Shown piece by piece: positions 48,911 through 64,000 of a stretch of 64,000 bases of DNA (within the stretch, counting starts at the first letter, position 1; the number at the start of each line of letters is the position of its first letter). This DNA is from Tubiluchus corallicola. Its lineage: Eukaryota; Animalia; Priapulida. A program made the position numbers and the translations under genes. The stretch spans positions 93,227 through 157,226 of the forward strand of contig JAQGDQ010000514.1 of the NCBI GenBank assembly GCA_030141605.1, in the 5' to 3' direction. Under the pieces are notes generated by a model, which worked only from the letters and a program-made list of their open reading frames with translations, did no database searches and was not told the DNA's origin.

Positions 48911-51109
48911 ATTAACAAACAAAAAATGGTGTTATAATTCGCAGTTTTTACAATATTAAAAACAAGACAAATAAAGAATGTGATTCATATTACTTTGCAC
49001 TTACTCGAATACTAATTACCTATACTATATAGTCACTTAGCACAAGGAGCCAACGGCTAGAGGGTGGAGGAAGTCAAGTGACCCAATGGCCATGTGTAGA
49101 GGAGTAAACCTTCCAAATCAGGAGTGGAGCCCCGAAGACGGACCAGTGCAGCATGCTCACTGACTCCGGCAGCTCCTACAGCCAACCTGGTGCCAAACGT
49201 ATCACTCCGCTTTCCTTTGGACTACACCAGGGAGGAAGAGAGGTGGTTCCTGCGGTCTGGGCAACTCAGGATCTCCATACACCTTGCCCAGGCGTGCGCC
49301 CTGGAGACGTTCAAGGATCGGACTCTCTTGGAGCACATTCCATTGTCTTCCGAGACAGAAGGATGCCAACAACAATAGTCACTTAGAATTAAGAGCATTT
49401 GCTTAATATGAATGTGAGCAGTTGAGAACATAATAGGCCGTGCAGTAGCGAACCAAAATCTTCAATTTAAACAATACATAAAAAGAAACAAAAGGGTTGA
49501 ATTGTTACATAAGAAGCACTGTAAAGGCTGGCTTCAATCACTCACAAGAGATTGTTGTCTTTGAACAGCACTACAGGAAAAGTACAGGGGTAAAAAGAGC
49601 AACGAGTAACATTTTGCAACAATTTATTGCATCAAAGGAATACTAAAACAATTGTGAACCTGTCATACCATCAACAATTTAATGTGGCTATTCGACAAAT
49701 AATCCAAGTCAACTACTATTACAAATGTCCATTCAATGAAAAATCTGACTATTTGCTTGGGAAACAGATTTTTATGGGATTCAAAAATCTCACTTGACTT
49801 AAATTTCTTTTTTTTGCCTTTCAGGCTTTTTTTCGTTTAGGATATGTTATTCTGTACATCACAAGCCTTGGGTGTCTTGCACCGCCTGTAATCTTGAGAG
49901 GTGTGCTGATTTAAACTTGTGTTGCCCCCTTTTTTCTGTTATAAACTGGTTTCCTTTTAAACAGGTCATGTGACCAGACTTTCACCTGTACACTTACCTG
50001 TAGATTGGAGAAACTCAGGCATTGACACACTGCAGTGACAGATTGTTTAGCGTCATTCATTGATTCGTTGTTATAATTTCATAATTACACTTATAGAAGA
50101 TCACCATGTAAGTTGATTTATTAATTTCTTAAATCTTGAACCTTTGTTTATTAAAAAGACTAGAGATTAGATTTTATAATTTGCGTAAAACTTTGTTAAA
50201 GTTAATTAGATCAATTTGGTTTAGATTTTGCCGTAAAATTGAGAAAAAATATATAAAATTATGTTATTTGTTTTCACATTAAACGATACAAGCTACACAA
50301 TTATGTTGTTGGAGTTTTTTTATAAGAAGGTAGCACAAGAGGTATGAGTGGAACAATGACTCGAATAACTCAAGGTCCTGCAAAAACATCGTGCAAGTGT
50401 CTCCAAAGTTTGTCTCTTAAATACAGATCTTAGATCATCTAAGCGACAACTCTGTTTCACGGGTTGAAGTCCGGCAAATTTCGACACCATTCACTTTAGT
50501 TGAGAAAAATTTATTCCCAGACTTTTCAGGTTGCTGCTTAGATCCCACTTTTCAAAATTGCGAGGTTCCGCCAGGTGTGCGAGATATTCTTACAAAACAT
50601 TCAAAGGACGATACTGCCATGAAAAAATAGAGAGCACAGTAACGAAAAAATCTTGCTTTTGGGAAAAATACAATTGAAGTTATCAATGTTACCACCAAAT
50701 AATTATGCCACTGGTTGGCATTCTTCTGTCTCGGAAGATCTTTGAACGTCTCCAGGGCACACGCCTGGGCAAGGTGTATGGAGATCCTGAGTTGCCCAGA
50801 CAACCGGAACCCCCTCTCTTCCACGCTGGTGTAGTCCAAAGAAAAAGAAACGAAAAGAAAAAGGAATAATTTTAAACAACTCTGTTCACATTTAGAAGAA
50901 AGAAGACACAAACTATGACATTCCAAATGCTCTAATGCAAAGGTGATGAGCTCAGCAAAAAGTAACAAAAATATGAACAAAATGTCGTGCAAAGAACAAA
51001 TGTGGTAAAACACAAGTGAAAAAGAAAAACACGATTACTTACTATGCTACATACAATATCCACATCCAAATTCAAAATGCAAAAAAAAATCCATTTTACA
51101 TAAGCACAC

Positions 51110-53052
51110 CAGTGTGTATGTAGTCACTGGACCATACAATTATACTGAAGGTAAGTCAGCTGGTAGAATGTAACAAGATTAACACATAGATGGCAGCACC
51201 TAACTACAATGTACAATTCCAACTTCCACTGTATTCATTTGCTATACAGAAAAGCCAGACTAAATTGCCAGTAGCAAGTTAGGAAGATGCTAACGTGTTT
51301 CTTCATGAACTGCGGTTATTACTGGAAGTATAAGATCTTCCACTAGTGGCTTGTACTGCAGTAGCAAAAAAATTGCTCCATTTTACACTCTTTTAAAATA
51401 AAATTCTTCCTGTATCACTTTTTTCAGAAAACAAATTAAAAAAACATAACATGTTTATGAAAACCAATGTAAAAATTGGTCCTTGAAATGCGATAACCAA
51501 AGCACTAACACAAACAATTATCTCCATTAACACAAACTATTTTATAATTATTAATTACACTCCTGCAAAAGTGAGAATATAATCACCTCTCAAAAAACTT
51601 AAAACTATAATATGTAAACCTACTCCCATGACCTTTTTCTCCAAACTGTTTTTAGCACTATCCTGTTTTTACTGACCTGCCCAACTTTTCCTTTTTCACA
51701 TTTATTACATAATTCTTTTCTCTCTAGTACAAACTACTTTACTAACAAATGCCAAGTGCCACTTAGCTGGTCGGCCGCTGCTTAGCAATACACTTCAGTA
51801 CAACCTAAAGACATTCAGCATAACCGCTTTAGGTATCGCATTTCAAGGACCAATTTTACATTAGTTTTCATAAGCATCCATATTTACCTCCGCATCGTCT
51901 GTAGCCATGACGCCACGCAAACATCTGATGTCGTATGCCATCTGCAGAGCCCGTATCTGCGCTAGTATCATAACATCTGAATTCTCAGAGTTGTTTGAGC
52001 AAAAACTCTGAATAGGCAGAGAGCACGCCTCTTCCCACAGACTGAAGAAGACTTTGTACGACCGATCTACAAGACATTGTGAAACATTTTAAATATTCCA
52101 AAACTAACGCTAGATCTCATCAGAAACCTTAGTTAACCAATCTATGCTTTAATCTTAATACTATTAATAACTAAGTATGTTTATATAAAAAACAATAGAA
52201 GGTTCATTTTTAATTGCAACAGCAAAATGCAAATAAAAAATTATAATTTATGTTATATGATTAGTTATTAAGTTGATTAGAAATTGTTTTAATTAGATTA
52301 GTTGTAAATAAGTGCATCTTTAGTAAAAAGATGGTAATACAACTTTTTAATACAAAATGATATACTGCAAGATTGAATCCAGCACTAGAGGGCCTATTTA
52401 AGGTAGACAGTTGTAGCAGGACTGGATCCTAGTTGATTATCAAAGCTACCCTTTAAGATGATACACTGAACCATTAGATGAGTCTTAGCTGCATCCTGAT
52501 GTGGCTTTAATTCAGCTTCAATTTGGAGAAAACGATTAGCGAGTGAAACAACGAGTGAAGTATAGACCCGGCTGCCACACATCCATTTGCTGACCAACCT
52601 CAGTGTTGCTTAACTTCGGCTGCTAATCGCACACTGTGACCACTTCGTATTGCCTTTTATCTTAAGGAAATATGCTAAAAATTATATCTTACTTCTCCAA
52701 TGCATGCCCTCCTTGATTGACCTTACTGCAGACTTCGTACAAAAGTTTGTGCACAAACCAAGAAGCCTGAAAAACATTTTCATAAACAGCAAAACTGACG
52801 TAAAAAACTCTAAATGAACAACATAGAGAAAATATGAAAACAAAAAACGTAAATGAAATAATGCTGCTAAAATATAAAGAACGAACATTTCCTAGGCAGA
52901 TGTTCTATTAGCATATCAGAAGTATCAGTGAGTAATCAAAACTTCTATCAGTATCCATCCTCACAGTAGTTGCAAAACAGTGGTGTTAGCTTAATCAAGT
53001 AATCTTAATTTTACATACTATTAAAAAATAGTAGTCTTTCTATCTTTTAAAT
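51110..53052 (+). repeat. ~1.9-kb diverged duplication, second copy ~55735-57673
   Basis: Colinear match from cagtgtgtatgtagtc to tagtctttctatcttt. Confidence 0.9.
51451..51877. mobile_element. MITE-like element with ~44-bp inverted repeats (copy at ~55968-56402)
   Basis: ttatgaaaaccaatgtaaaaattggtccttgaaatgcgata / tatcgcatttcaaggaccaattttacattagttttcataa. Confidence 0.7.
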
Positions 53053-53984
53053 TTTAAACAACTCTGTTCACATTTAGAAGAAAGAAAAGACACAAACTAT
53101 GACATTCCAAACGCTCTAATGCAAAGGTGATGAGCTCAGCAAAAAGTAACAAAAATATGAACAAAATGAGCAAAGAACAAATGTGGTAAAACACAAGTGA
53201 AAAAGAAAAAACACGATTACTTACTATGCTACGTACAATATCCACATCCAAATTCAAAATGCAAAAAAATCCATTTTACATAAGCACAGTTAAGGAACAA
53301 ATCTAACAGGTCAAACACACACATGCAGTTAGGGTATCTGCTTGAGAAACAGGTTTTATTGGACTGAGAAAATCTCACATAACTTAACAGCGTTTCAAAG
53401 TTTATACTTTCTTACTTTTTCTTGTTCTTTTCTTTTGTTTAGTATGCAATATTTTATATATATATATCAATGTCGCTCAAAGAAACAATTAAAGTCATGT
53501 GAAACAAATTTTAATGATGAATAACAACATAAAAATTGACAGCATAAAATATAAAAAAATATCAAGATTGCACAATTTGCTGGTTTAATGCAATACAATG
53601 CATCTAGCACGCACAGCACAAAACCAAACATGTTCAATAGATTATTCGGCTGTAGACATTGCTTTGACCGTTAATGTTAACACAGTTAATCAATACATGG
53701 CAAATCTAGCTAAAGCTTTAAAAAATGTGACTGTAACAAATTTACTCAATAAAAATTCCAAACATGTCTCTTGTGTTAGCGATGCAGTATGCCTAACAGA
53801 TGCTAAATGTGAAAGTTTTGACTCTGTCTCCAAGTGTGGTGGAAACTACTCCCTTAGATGTAAAGAATATTCTTGAACGTCCATCCAGTTACCCCGTTCA
53901 TCCAGGTTTGCCAGAATTTTAAAACTAGTTCATTTTACCCGAATGGAAATTTTAAGGTAAAAAGACAAAAAGGAAAGAAATGGA

Positions 53985-54550
<566 letters not shown>

Positions 54551-54636
54551 GGACAGCAATAAAAGAAAGAAAGGTGGTAGATAAGTAAAGACAAAAAAAG
54601 AAATGGAATGAAGAGACAAAGAAAGAAAAACAAAAC

Positions 54637-54962
54637 TTACATTAGTTCATTATTATCCTAGTGGCACTTTATTATCCTAGTGGCACTTACAATAGTTCAT
54701 TATTATCCTAGTGGCACTTACATTAGTTCGTTATTATCCTAGTGGCACTTTATTATCCTAGTGGCACTTACATTAGTTCATTATTATCCTAGTGGCACTT
54801 ACATTAGTTCATTATTATCCTAGTGGCACTTACATTAGTTCATTATTATCCTAGTGGCACTTACATTAGTTCATTATTATCCTAGTGGCACTTACATTAG
54901 TTCATTATTATCCTAGTGCCACTTACATTAGTTCGTTATTATCCTAGTAGCACTTACATTAG
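54637..54962. repeat. 31-bp tandem repeat
   Basis: cttacattagttcattattatcctagtggca. Confidence 0.95.
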
Positions 54963-57900
54963 AATCACATGCATAATCAATTGCATGAAACCTCAAGACT
55001 ATAACATAACAGTGCAACAAACATGACAGATTTATTGAATTTTTAAAATCAAATATGACATAAAGTAAGGACATCTGAAAAACATCTGGAGGTGGCGGCA
55101 GTGGTAAAGGTTTAATAGCCAAACAATTTTTTAAAAGAATATTAATATTATTTTATATTAATTGGCTGAGTGTGTAACCTGAGTGCTAATAAAGTAGATG
55201 CATCACAAGTGAACGTAGTGAGGATTTCAATTCACTTTTAATCCCAGTTACGATGTGGATATTAGGAACTAATATTTCAGATGAAATGCAAAAGGTAACC
55301 ATTCACCTCAGATGTCGGTGTTTGTTTATAGAGAAGTAAAGTGAGTAAAGATTTTGCAATGGGACCAAAAAAAGCTAACTGGTTATAAAAACTGCAATGT
55401 TAGTCACAATTTCTGAACTCATTCAGTGAAAGTCATTTTTGAAGTTGTTGTTCAGTCACTTTGTTATGATTGAGTTTAGACACAGAGAAGTACGGATAGG
55501 AACCAAAATCTATAATAAATATTTGCACTGCACACAACAGAAAAGTGTTTATTAAACTCCAGAAAACATGAGAACATGAGTAGCAAAACTGCTGCACTGA
55601 ACACTGAGCAAGAACTAGAAACCAAAAACAGTCAGTAAAACCTGTTTCACAGTCAGTATATACAGGTATAGAACTTGACCTATGCAGAGTTGCACAGGCT
55701 TCACAACAACCATTAATCTTAGATAGGGAGAGAACCAGTGTGTATGTAGTCGCTGGACCATACAATTATACTGAAGGTAAGTCAGCTGGTAGAATGTAAC
55801 AAGATTAACACATAGATGGCAGCACCTAACTACAATGTACAATTCCAACTTCCACTGTATTCATTTACTATACAGAAAAGCAATAAATTGCTGCATTTGT
55901 ACATTCTTTTAAAATAAATTTCCTCCTGTATCATTTTTTTCAGATTACAAATTAAGAAAAACATAAAATGCTTATGAAGACCAAAGTAAAAATTAGTTCT
56001 TGAAATGCGATAACCAAAGCACTAACACAAACTATTTCCATTAATAAAAAATATTTTATAATTATTAATTACACTCCAGCAAAAGTGAGAATATAATCAC
56101 CTCTCAAAAAACTAAAACTATAATGTGTAAACCTACTCCCATGACCTTCTTTCTCCAAACTGTTTTTTTAGTGCTGTCCTGTTCTTACTGACCTACCTAA
56201 CTTTTCCTTTTTCACATTTATTACACAACTCTTTTCTCTCTAGTACAAACTACATATACTAACAATTGCCAGGTGCCACTTGCTGGTCGGCCGCTGCTTA
56301 GCGATATACTTCAGTACAACCTAAAGACATGTTCTCGCACTCAGCATAACTGCTTAGTTATCGCATTTCAAGGACCAATTTTACATTAGTTTTCATAAGC
56401 ATCCATATTTACCTCTGCATCGTCTGTAGCCATGACGCCACGCAAACATCTAATGTCGTATGCCATCTGCAGAGCCCGTATGTGCGCTAGTATCATAACA
56501 CCTGAATTCTCAGAGTTGTTTGAGCAAAAACTCTGAATAGGCAGAGAGCACGCCTCTTCCCACAGACTGAATCAGACTTTGTACGACCGATCTATAAGAC
56601 ATTGTGAAAAATTTTAAATATTCCAAAACTAACGCTAGATTTCATCAGAGAACTTAGTTAAGCAATCTATACTTCAATCTTAATATATTAATAACTAAGT
56701 ATGTTTATATAAAAAACAAAACTAATGCTAGATTTTTTCAGAAACCTTAGTTAACCAATCTATGCTTCAATCTTAATACTATTAATAACTAAATATGTTT
56801 ACATAAAAAACAATACAAGGTACATTTTTAATTGCAACAGCAAAATGCGATTAAAAAATTATAATTTATGTTATATGATTAGTTATTATGTTGATTAGAA
56901 ATTGTTTTAATTAGATTAGTTGTAAATAAGTGCATCTTTAGTAAAAAGATGGTAATACAACTTTTTAATACAAAATGGTATACTGCAAGATTGAACACAG
57001 CACTCGAGAACCTATTTAAGGTAGACAGTTGTGGCAGGACTGGATCCTAGTTGATTATCAAAGCTACCCTCAAGGATGATGCACTGAACCATTAGATGAG
57101 TCTTAGCGGCATTCTGATGTGGCTTTCATTCAGTTTCAATTTGGAGAAAACGATTAGCGAGCGAAACAACGAGTGACGTATAGACCCGGCTGCCACACAT
57201 CCATCTATTTGCTGACCAACCTCAGTGTTGCTTAACTTCGGCTGCTAATCGCACACTGTGACCACTTCGTATTGCCTTTTATCTTAAGGAAAGATGCCGA
57301 AAATTATCTTACTTCTCCAATGCATGCCCTCCTACTAGATTGACCTTACAGCAGACTTCGTACAAAAGTTTGTGCACAAACCAAGAAGCCTGAAAAACAT
57401 TTTCATAAACACTAAAACTGACGTCAAAAACTCTAAATGAACATGACTACATAGAGAAAATATGTAAACAAAAAACGTAAATGAAATAATGTTGCTAAAA
57501 TATAAAAAACGAACATTTCCTAGGCAGATGTTCTATTAGCATATCAGAAGTATCAGTGAGTAATCAAAACTTCTATCAGTATCCAACCTCACAGTAGTTG
57601 CAAAACAGTGGTGTTAGCTTAATCAAGTAATTTTAATTTTACATACTATTAAAAAATAATAGTCTTTCTATCTTTGATATCATCCCATATATGAGCTTCA
57701 TTCATTACATCATTCCATTTTAAGCACTAATGTTTTTTTATCACGATTCACTTTAAATTTTCAGATTATCTCCATTACTTTTTTTCTCTATCACTGTGTG
57801 GGACAAATACTCTAACAAGCCCTGCTTTTTGATTGCCCGCAACACATTTACCTTCGTATATAGGTGAACAGTGTTTGAGGCTTTTCCTGTGCAGTATTTC

Positions 57901-59956
57901 TTATTTGTATTACATCCATTGTAAGCCCTTTCACTAGATATTGTATATGTAACCATTGTAAATGTGTAATGTGAAATAAATGACTAAATGACTTAAAAAT
58001 ATCGTTGTTGTTAAATATCTACAAAACTTGTCAACTAGAAGTGAAGTATCTTTAAAACATACTAAAACTTATTAGACTTTTGTAATGTACAAGCAATATC
58101 GGTCACAGAAGTTTCACCAGACAATTGTCTAAGGCTTGTAGTGGTAATTTCATTACAGTGGATATTAGTAATGTGTATCACACAGTCTGTGCAGTACAGT
58201 GCATATTAACTCTTTTTCTTATGCATGATTCTGATCTATAAGAACACTACATCTGATGAAGCGATGAAACAGCCACTGATTGAGGCGTGTACTACTGAGC
58301 CTAAGCTGAAACTAAAATCTGGGAAATCCCACTATATCAGGGGTGACTACACTTTTTCAGCTTGCTGGCTACTTACAAATTGATCTGCCCAGTCGTCTTC
58401 TTAGTTATAATAGATAGATCATTTTGACTTGGTTATTTTATAGTTTTATTTATAATTTATTTATTTATAATTTATTTTGTAAAACACGCAAGTCAAAATG
58501 TTTTATCTACTGTGACCAAGAAGACGACCGGGCAGATCAGAAGCCACGATAATAGAAGCCTAGAGATTGGCTAATTGGTCTTCCTACCAGCCAATCAGAT
58601 TGCTTGTTGCATTTCTTGCACATTTGAGTGTTTGAATGGCCGCTTCCGTGATAGTTTTCTGTGTTCTGCGATTACATCGTTTTTTGTGTTCCAAGTGAGC
58701 AACAATAAAATTTCCTCATGTCCGACAGTGACATTAAGTGACAACCGTCTTGTAAGGGTTAATGCCATCCGATCTAGAGGAAAAGACTCCCTGCACTGTC
58801 TTTGGCATGGACTTCAGCAGGATCGCGTGGGCCGCATTTTCATTACGTTAACAAACCTCATCGAGGGACGCACAAGATCTCTCGGAGGGCCGCAATTTGC
58901 GCACCCCTGGTCTAACCTGATAGGTAGCCCCCTAAAAGAAGTAAAATATATAAATTATTCTACCTACAACATAAACCAATAGTATCTTCCAGTTGATACT
59001 AAGCAATGATGGGATCTCATTTATTTTAAAACCAAAATAGGTAGCGCTCCAAATAATCCACACATTTTGAACATTCTATTTATTTTTCATATTTGGAAAC
59101 TGGCACTTAACCCTTTCATACCCGTTGCATCCCGTGGGATACGAGAATATTTCCTGCCTTTAAAATTAATAAAATTTTAAAACTGACAGTTATTTGATCT
59201 GTTAATAGTTATTTTGATTTAAGCCAATAACAATAGACTAAAAATGGTGACAAAATGGCAAACTAGAAAATCTACATAGCATAAAAAACTGTGCAAGGTA
59301 CAGTGCTTTAGCATAGCGTGCATACTATATGTCTTAAATACTTTAAACAATTATCAGCAGTTGCAAAATGAAACACATTTTATGCTTCCATTGAATCCCA
59401 ATGTATCCCGTGGGATACAGGCTATATTTAGCACACGAGCACAGGTAGAAAAAAATTATTATTATATGTAAACAAGATGGATATACTGAACAAAAGTACC
59501 AAGCCAAAAATTTTCCTTATTAAAAAAATAATTAACTGCAGCTGCATTAACTTTCCAGCAGCAGACCAATTGGTACTTTTAGCATACAGATTTAACGAAC
59601 AGGCTTTACACATGTGATCACATGATATGTGCACCCCAAAGCAAGATGAAAGCTTTTGTACTGCCCAGTTGGGATCGCCTACTTTGAGAATGTGGTACAT
59701 TTTTCAAGCTTAAATCAATCAGATAACACTTGTGGAAGTTGGAATTGTACATTTTTAATTAGGTGCTGCCATCTATGAACTAATCCTGTTACTCTACCAG
59801 CTACTTACCCCCAGTATAATTGTATGGTCAAGTGAATGCATATTCACTGGTTCTCTCCCTATTTTAAAGTAATGGTTGTTGTGAAGCCTGTGCAAGTCTG
59901 CATATGTCACCTATACTTACATATACTGACTGGTTTTACTTTCTAGTCACTCACAC

Positions 59957-61300
59957 ACTCAGTGTTCAGTGCAGGAGACTCTCACTATCACTCTCAGTGT
60001 TCAGTGCAGGAGTCATGCTACTCATGTCACTCTCACTCTCACTCTCAGTGTTCAGTGCAGGAGTCATGCTACTCATGTCACTCTCACTCTCAGTGTTCAG
60101 TGCAGCAGTCATGCTACTCATGTCACTCTCACTCTCACTCTCAGTGTTCAGTGCAGGAGTCATGCTACTCATGTCACTCTCACTCTCAGTGTTCAGTGCA
60201 GGAGTCATGCTACTCATGTCACTCTCACTCTCAGTGTTCAGTGCAGGAGTCATGCTACTCATGTCACTCTCACTCTCAGTGTTCAGTGCAGCAGTCATGC
60301 TACTCATGTCTCTCTCACTCTCAGTGTTCAGTGCAGTGCAGCAGTCGTGCTACTCATGTCACTCTCACTCTCAGTGTTCAGTGCAGGAGTCATGCTACTC
60401 ATGTCACTCTCACTCTCACTCTGAGTGTTCAGTGCAGGAGTCATGCTACTCATGTCACTCTCACTCTCACTCTCAGTGTTCAGTGCAGGAGTCATGCTAC
60501 TCATGTCACTCTCACTCTCAGTGTTCACAACACACCACACCCACCCACACACACACACCACACTCTCACCGTGTTCAGTGCAGGAGTCATGCTACTCATG
60601 TCACTCTCACTCTCACTCTGAGTGTTCAGTGCAGCAGTCATGCTACTCATGTCACTCTCACTCTCACTCTCAGTGTTCAGTGCAGGAGTCATGCTACTCA
60701 TGTCACTCTCACTCTCAGTGTTCAGTGCAGGAGTCATGCTACTCATGTCACTCTCACTCTCAGTGTTCAGTGCAGTGCAGCAGTCGTGCTACTCATGTCT
60801 CTCTCACTCTCAGTGTTCAGTGCAGCAGTCATGCTACTCATGTCTCTCTCACTCTCAGTGTTCAGTGCAGGAGTCATGCTACTCATGTCACTCTCACTCT
60901 CACTCTGAGTGTTCAGTGCAGCAGTCATGCTACTTATGTTACTCTCACTCTCACTCTCAGTGTTCAGTGCAGCAGTCATGCTACTTATGTTACTCTCACT
61001 CACTCTCAGTGTTCAGTGTAGCAGTCATGCTACTCGTGTTACTCTCACTCACTCTCAGTGTTCAGTGTAGCAGTCGTGCTACTCATGTTACTCTCACTCT
61101 CACTCTCAGTGTTCAGTGCAGTGTAGCAGTCGTGCTACTCATGTTACTCTCACTCTCTCACTCTCAGTGCAGTGTAGCAGTCGTGCTACTCATGTTACTC
61201 TCACTCTCACTCTCTCACTCTCAGTGCAGTGTAGCAGTCGTGCTACTCATGTTACTCTCACTCTCACTCTCAGTGTTCAGTGCAGTCGTGCTACTCATGT
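59957..61300. repeat. 42-48-bp minisatellite
   Basis: ctcagtgttcagtgcaggagtcatgctactcatgtcactctca with variable (ctctca)n. Confidence 0.95.
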
Positions 61301-61835
61301 GTCTGTAGTTTTAATAAACACTCTTCTGTTGTGTGCAGTGCAAATATGTATTATAGATTTTTTATTCCTATTCATACTTCTGTGCCTGAACTCAATCGTA
61401 ACAAAGTGAGTGATCAACAACTTCAAACATGTGAAAGTCAAGCGGAAAACTGATGCAAAATCCAGCCATACAAATGATGGGAAGACCAGCAAGTTGAACC
61501 TGAGTCAACTAAATACAACAGAATAGCAGGTGGAAACTACCTAGAACTATCTTTGCCGTGTGAATTTGTGTTGCTGACAGTTTGCATAGCTGAGCTGGAA
61601 CTCTGATAACAGAACTAACTGGCTCCCCTTCTTCAGACTCCTCCTGTATCTCTATGGTTTCCCAAACCTGTCAACGAATGAGGAGTACACATTAAACGAA
61701 AAAGCAGCTTAGTTAAAACATGCCAACCGTGAAACAACTAAACTAAGAAGGTTGTTAATAGGCACAAGATTGGCTTCAAATGCCTTCACTGCTTGGAGAG
61801 CCTGTAATGCTGTCTGAGTCAACATTTCGCTAAAA

Positions 61836-64000
61836 CACGTGATTTACAGTGTTGACTTCACATTACTATACAGGTACAGCATGCACGTGATTTACAGTGT
61901 TGACTTCACATTACTATACAGGTACAGCATGCACGTGACTTACAGTGTTGATTTCACATTACTATACAGGTACAGCATGCACGTGACTTACAGTGTTGAT
62001 TTCACATTACTATACAGGTACAGCATGCACGTGACTTACAGTGTTGACTTCACATTACTATACAGGTACAGCATGCACGTGACTTACAGTGTTGATTTCA
62101 CATTACTATACAGGTACAGCATGCACGTGACTTACAGTGTTGATTTCACATTACTATACAGGTACAGCATGCACGTGACTTACAGTGTTGACTTCACATT
62201 ACTATACAGGTACAGCATGCACGTGACTTACAGTGTTGACTTCACATTACTATACAGGTACAGCATGCACGTGACTTACAGTGTTGACTTCACATTACTA
62301 TACAGGTACAGCATGCACGTGACTTACAGTGTTGATTTCACATTACTATACAGGTACAGCATGCACGTGACTTACAGTGTTGATTTCACATTACTATACA
62401 GGTACAGCATGCACGTGACTTACAGTGTTGACTTCACATTACTATACAGGTACAGCATGCACGTGACTTACAGTGTTGACTTCACATTACTATACAGGTA
62501 CAGCATGCACGTGATTTACAGTGTTGACTTCACATTACTATACAGGTACAGCATGCACGTGACTTACAGTGTTGATTTCACATTACTATACAGGTACAGC
62601 ATGCACGTGATTTACAGTGTTGACTTCACATTACTATACAGGTACAGCATGCACGTGACTTACAGTGTTGACTTCACATTACTATACAGGTACAGCATGC
62701 ACGTGACTTACAGTGTTGACTTCACATTACTATACAGGTACAGCATACGTGACTTACAGTGTTGACTTCACATTACTATACAGGTACAGCATGCACGTGA
62801 CTTACAGTGTTGACTTCACATTAACAGGTACAGCATGCACGTGACTTACAGTGTTGACTTCACATTACTATACAGGTACAGCATGCACGTGACTTACAGT
62901 GTTGATTTCACATTACTATACAGGTACAGCATGCACGTGACTTACAGTGTTGACTTCACATTACTATACAGGTACAGCATGCACGTGACTTACAGTGTTG
63001 ACTTCACATTACTATACAGGTACAGCATGCACGTGACTTACAGTGTTGACTTCACATTACTATACAGGTACAGCATGCACGTGACTTACAGTGTTGATTT
63101 CACATTACTATACAGGTACAGCATGCACGTGACTTACAGTGTTGATTTCACATTACTATACAGGTACAGCATGCACGTGACTTACAGTGTTGATTTCACA
63201 TTACTATACAGGTACAGCATGCACGTGACTTACAGTGTTGACTTCACATTACTATACAGGTACAGCATGCACGTGACTTACAGTGTTGACTTCACATTAC
63301 TATACAGGTACAGCATGCACGTGACTTACAGTGTTGACTTCACATTACTATACAGGTACAGCATGCACGTGACTTACAGTGTTGACTTCACATTACTATA
63401 CAGGTACAGCATGCACGTGACTTACAGTGTTGATTTCACATTACTATACAGGTACAGCATGCACGTGACTTACAGTGTTGATTTCACATTACTATACAGG
63501 TACAGCATGCACGTGACTTACAGTGTTGACTTCACATTACTATACAGGTACAGCATGCACGTGACTTACAGTGTTGATTTCACATTACTATACAGGTACA
63601 GCATGCACGTGACTTACAGTGTTGATTTCACATTACTATACAGGTACAGCATGCACGTGACTTACAGTGTTGACTTCACATTACTATACAGGTACAGCAT
63701 GCACGTGATTTACAGTGTTGACTTCACATTACTATACAGGTACAGCATGCACGTGATTTACAGTGTTGACTTCACATTACTATACAGGTACAGCATGCAC
63801 GTGACTTACAGTGTTGATTTCACATTACTATACAGGTACAGCATGCACGTGACTTACAGTGTTGATTTCACATTACTATACAGGTACAGCATGCACGTGA
63901 CTTACAGTGTTGACTTCACATTACTATACAGGTACAGCATGCACGTGACTTACAGTGTTGATTTCACATTACTATACAGGTACAGCATGCACGTGACTTA
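61836..64000. repeat. 48-bp satellite, ~45 copies, runs off the window
   Basis: cacgtgacttacagtgttgacttcacattactatacaggtacagcatg. Confidence 0.98.

Noticed and set aside
58338-58909. Complete hAT MITE bounded by caggggtg / cacccctg
   Set aside because: The flanking 8-mers do not match, so there is no TSD support
59904-62765. Long repetitive ORFs
   Set aside because: Stop-free frames of satellites
61836-64000. CRISPR array
   Set aside because: Head-to-tail units without unique spacers, no cas genes, eukaryotic context; the same applies to the 31-, 33-, 72- and 123-bp repeats

Overview
Repeat-rich eukaryotic (probably invertebrate) genomic DNA. Positions ~3-49 kb hold a dense cluster of endogenous RNA-virus fragments (EVEs) from at least four viruses, all identified ones on the + strand. 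Virus A is flavi/jingmen-like (NS5 methyltransferase, NS3 protease-helicase, membrane proteins). Virus B is a second, AT-rich flavi-like NS5. Virus C is a mononegavirus with a class-I fusion glycoprotein and an intact G-L gene junction. Virus D is a related mononegavirus whose L gene is tandemly triplicated and fused to an RTE LINE 3' end. The fragments are nested in each other and in a hAT transposon, joined by microhomologies, separated by a recurring host scaffold, and sit downstream of repeated TATA-promoter/intron cassettes. One cassette has a predicted splice exactly onto the viral gene-start of an anchorless glycoprotein. The best candidate system is a host 'viral archive' locus (piRNA-cluster-like and/or co-opted viral proteins); function cannot be shown from sequence alone. 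Also present: a degenerate C2H2 zinc-finger gene, an intronless GT8 xylosyltransferase, hAT/pogo/MITE remnants and several satellites. All family calls are from motif recognition by eye, with no database search.
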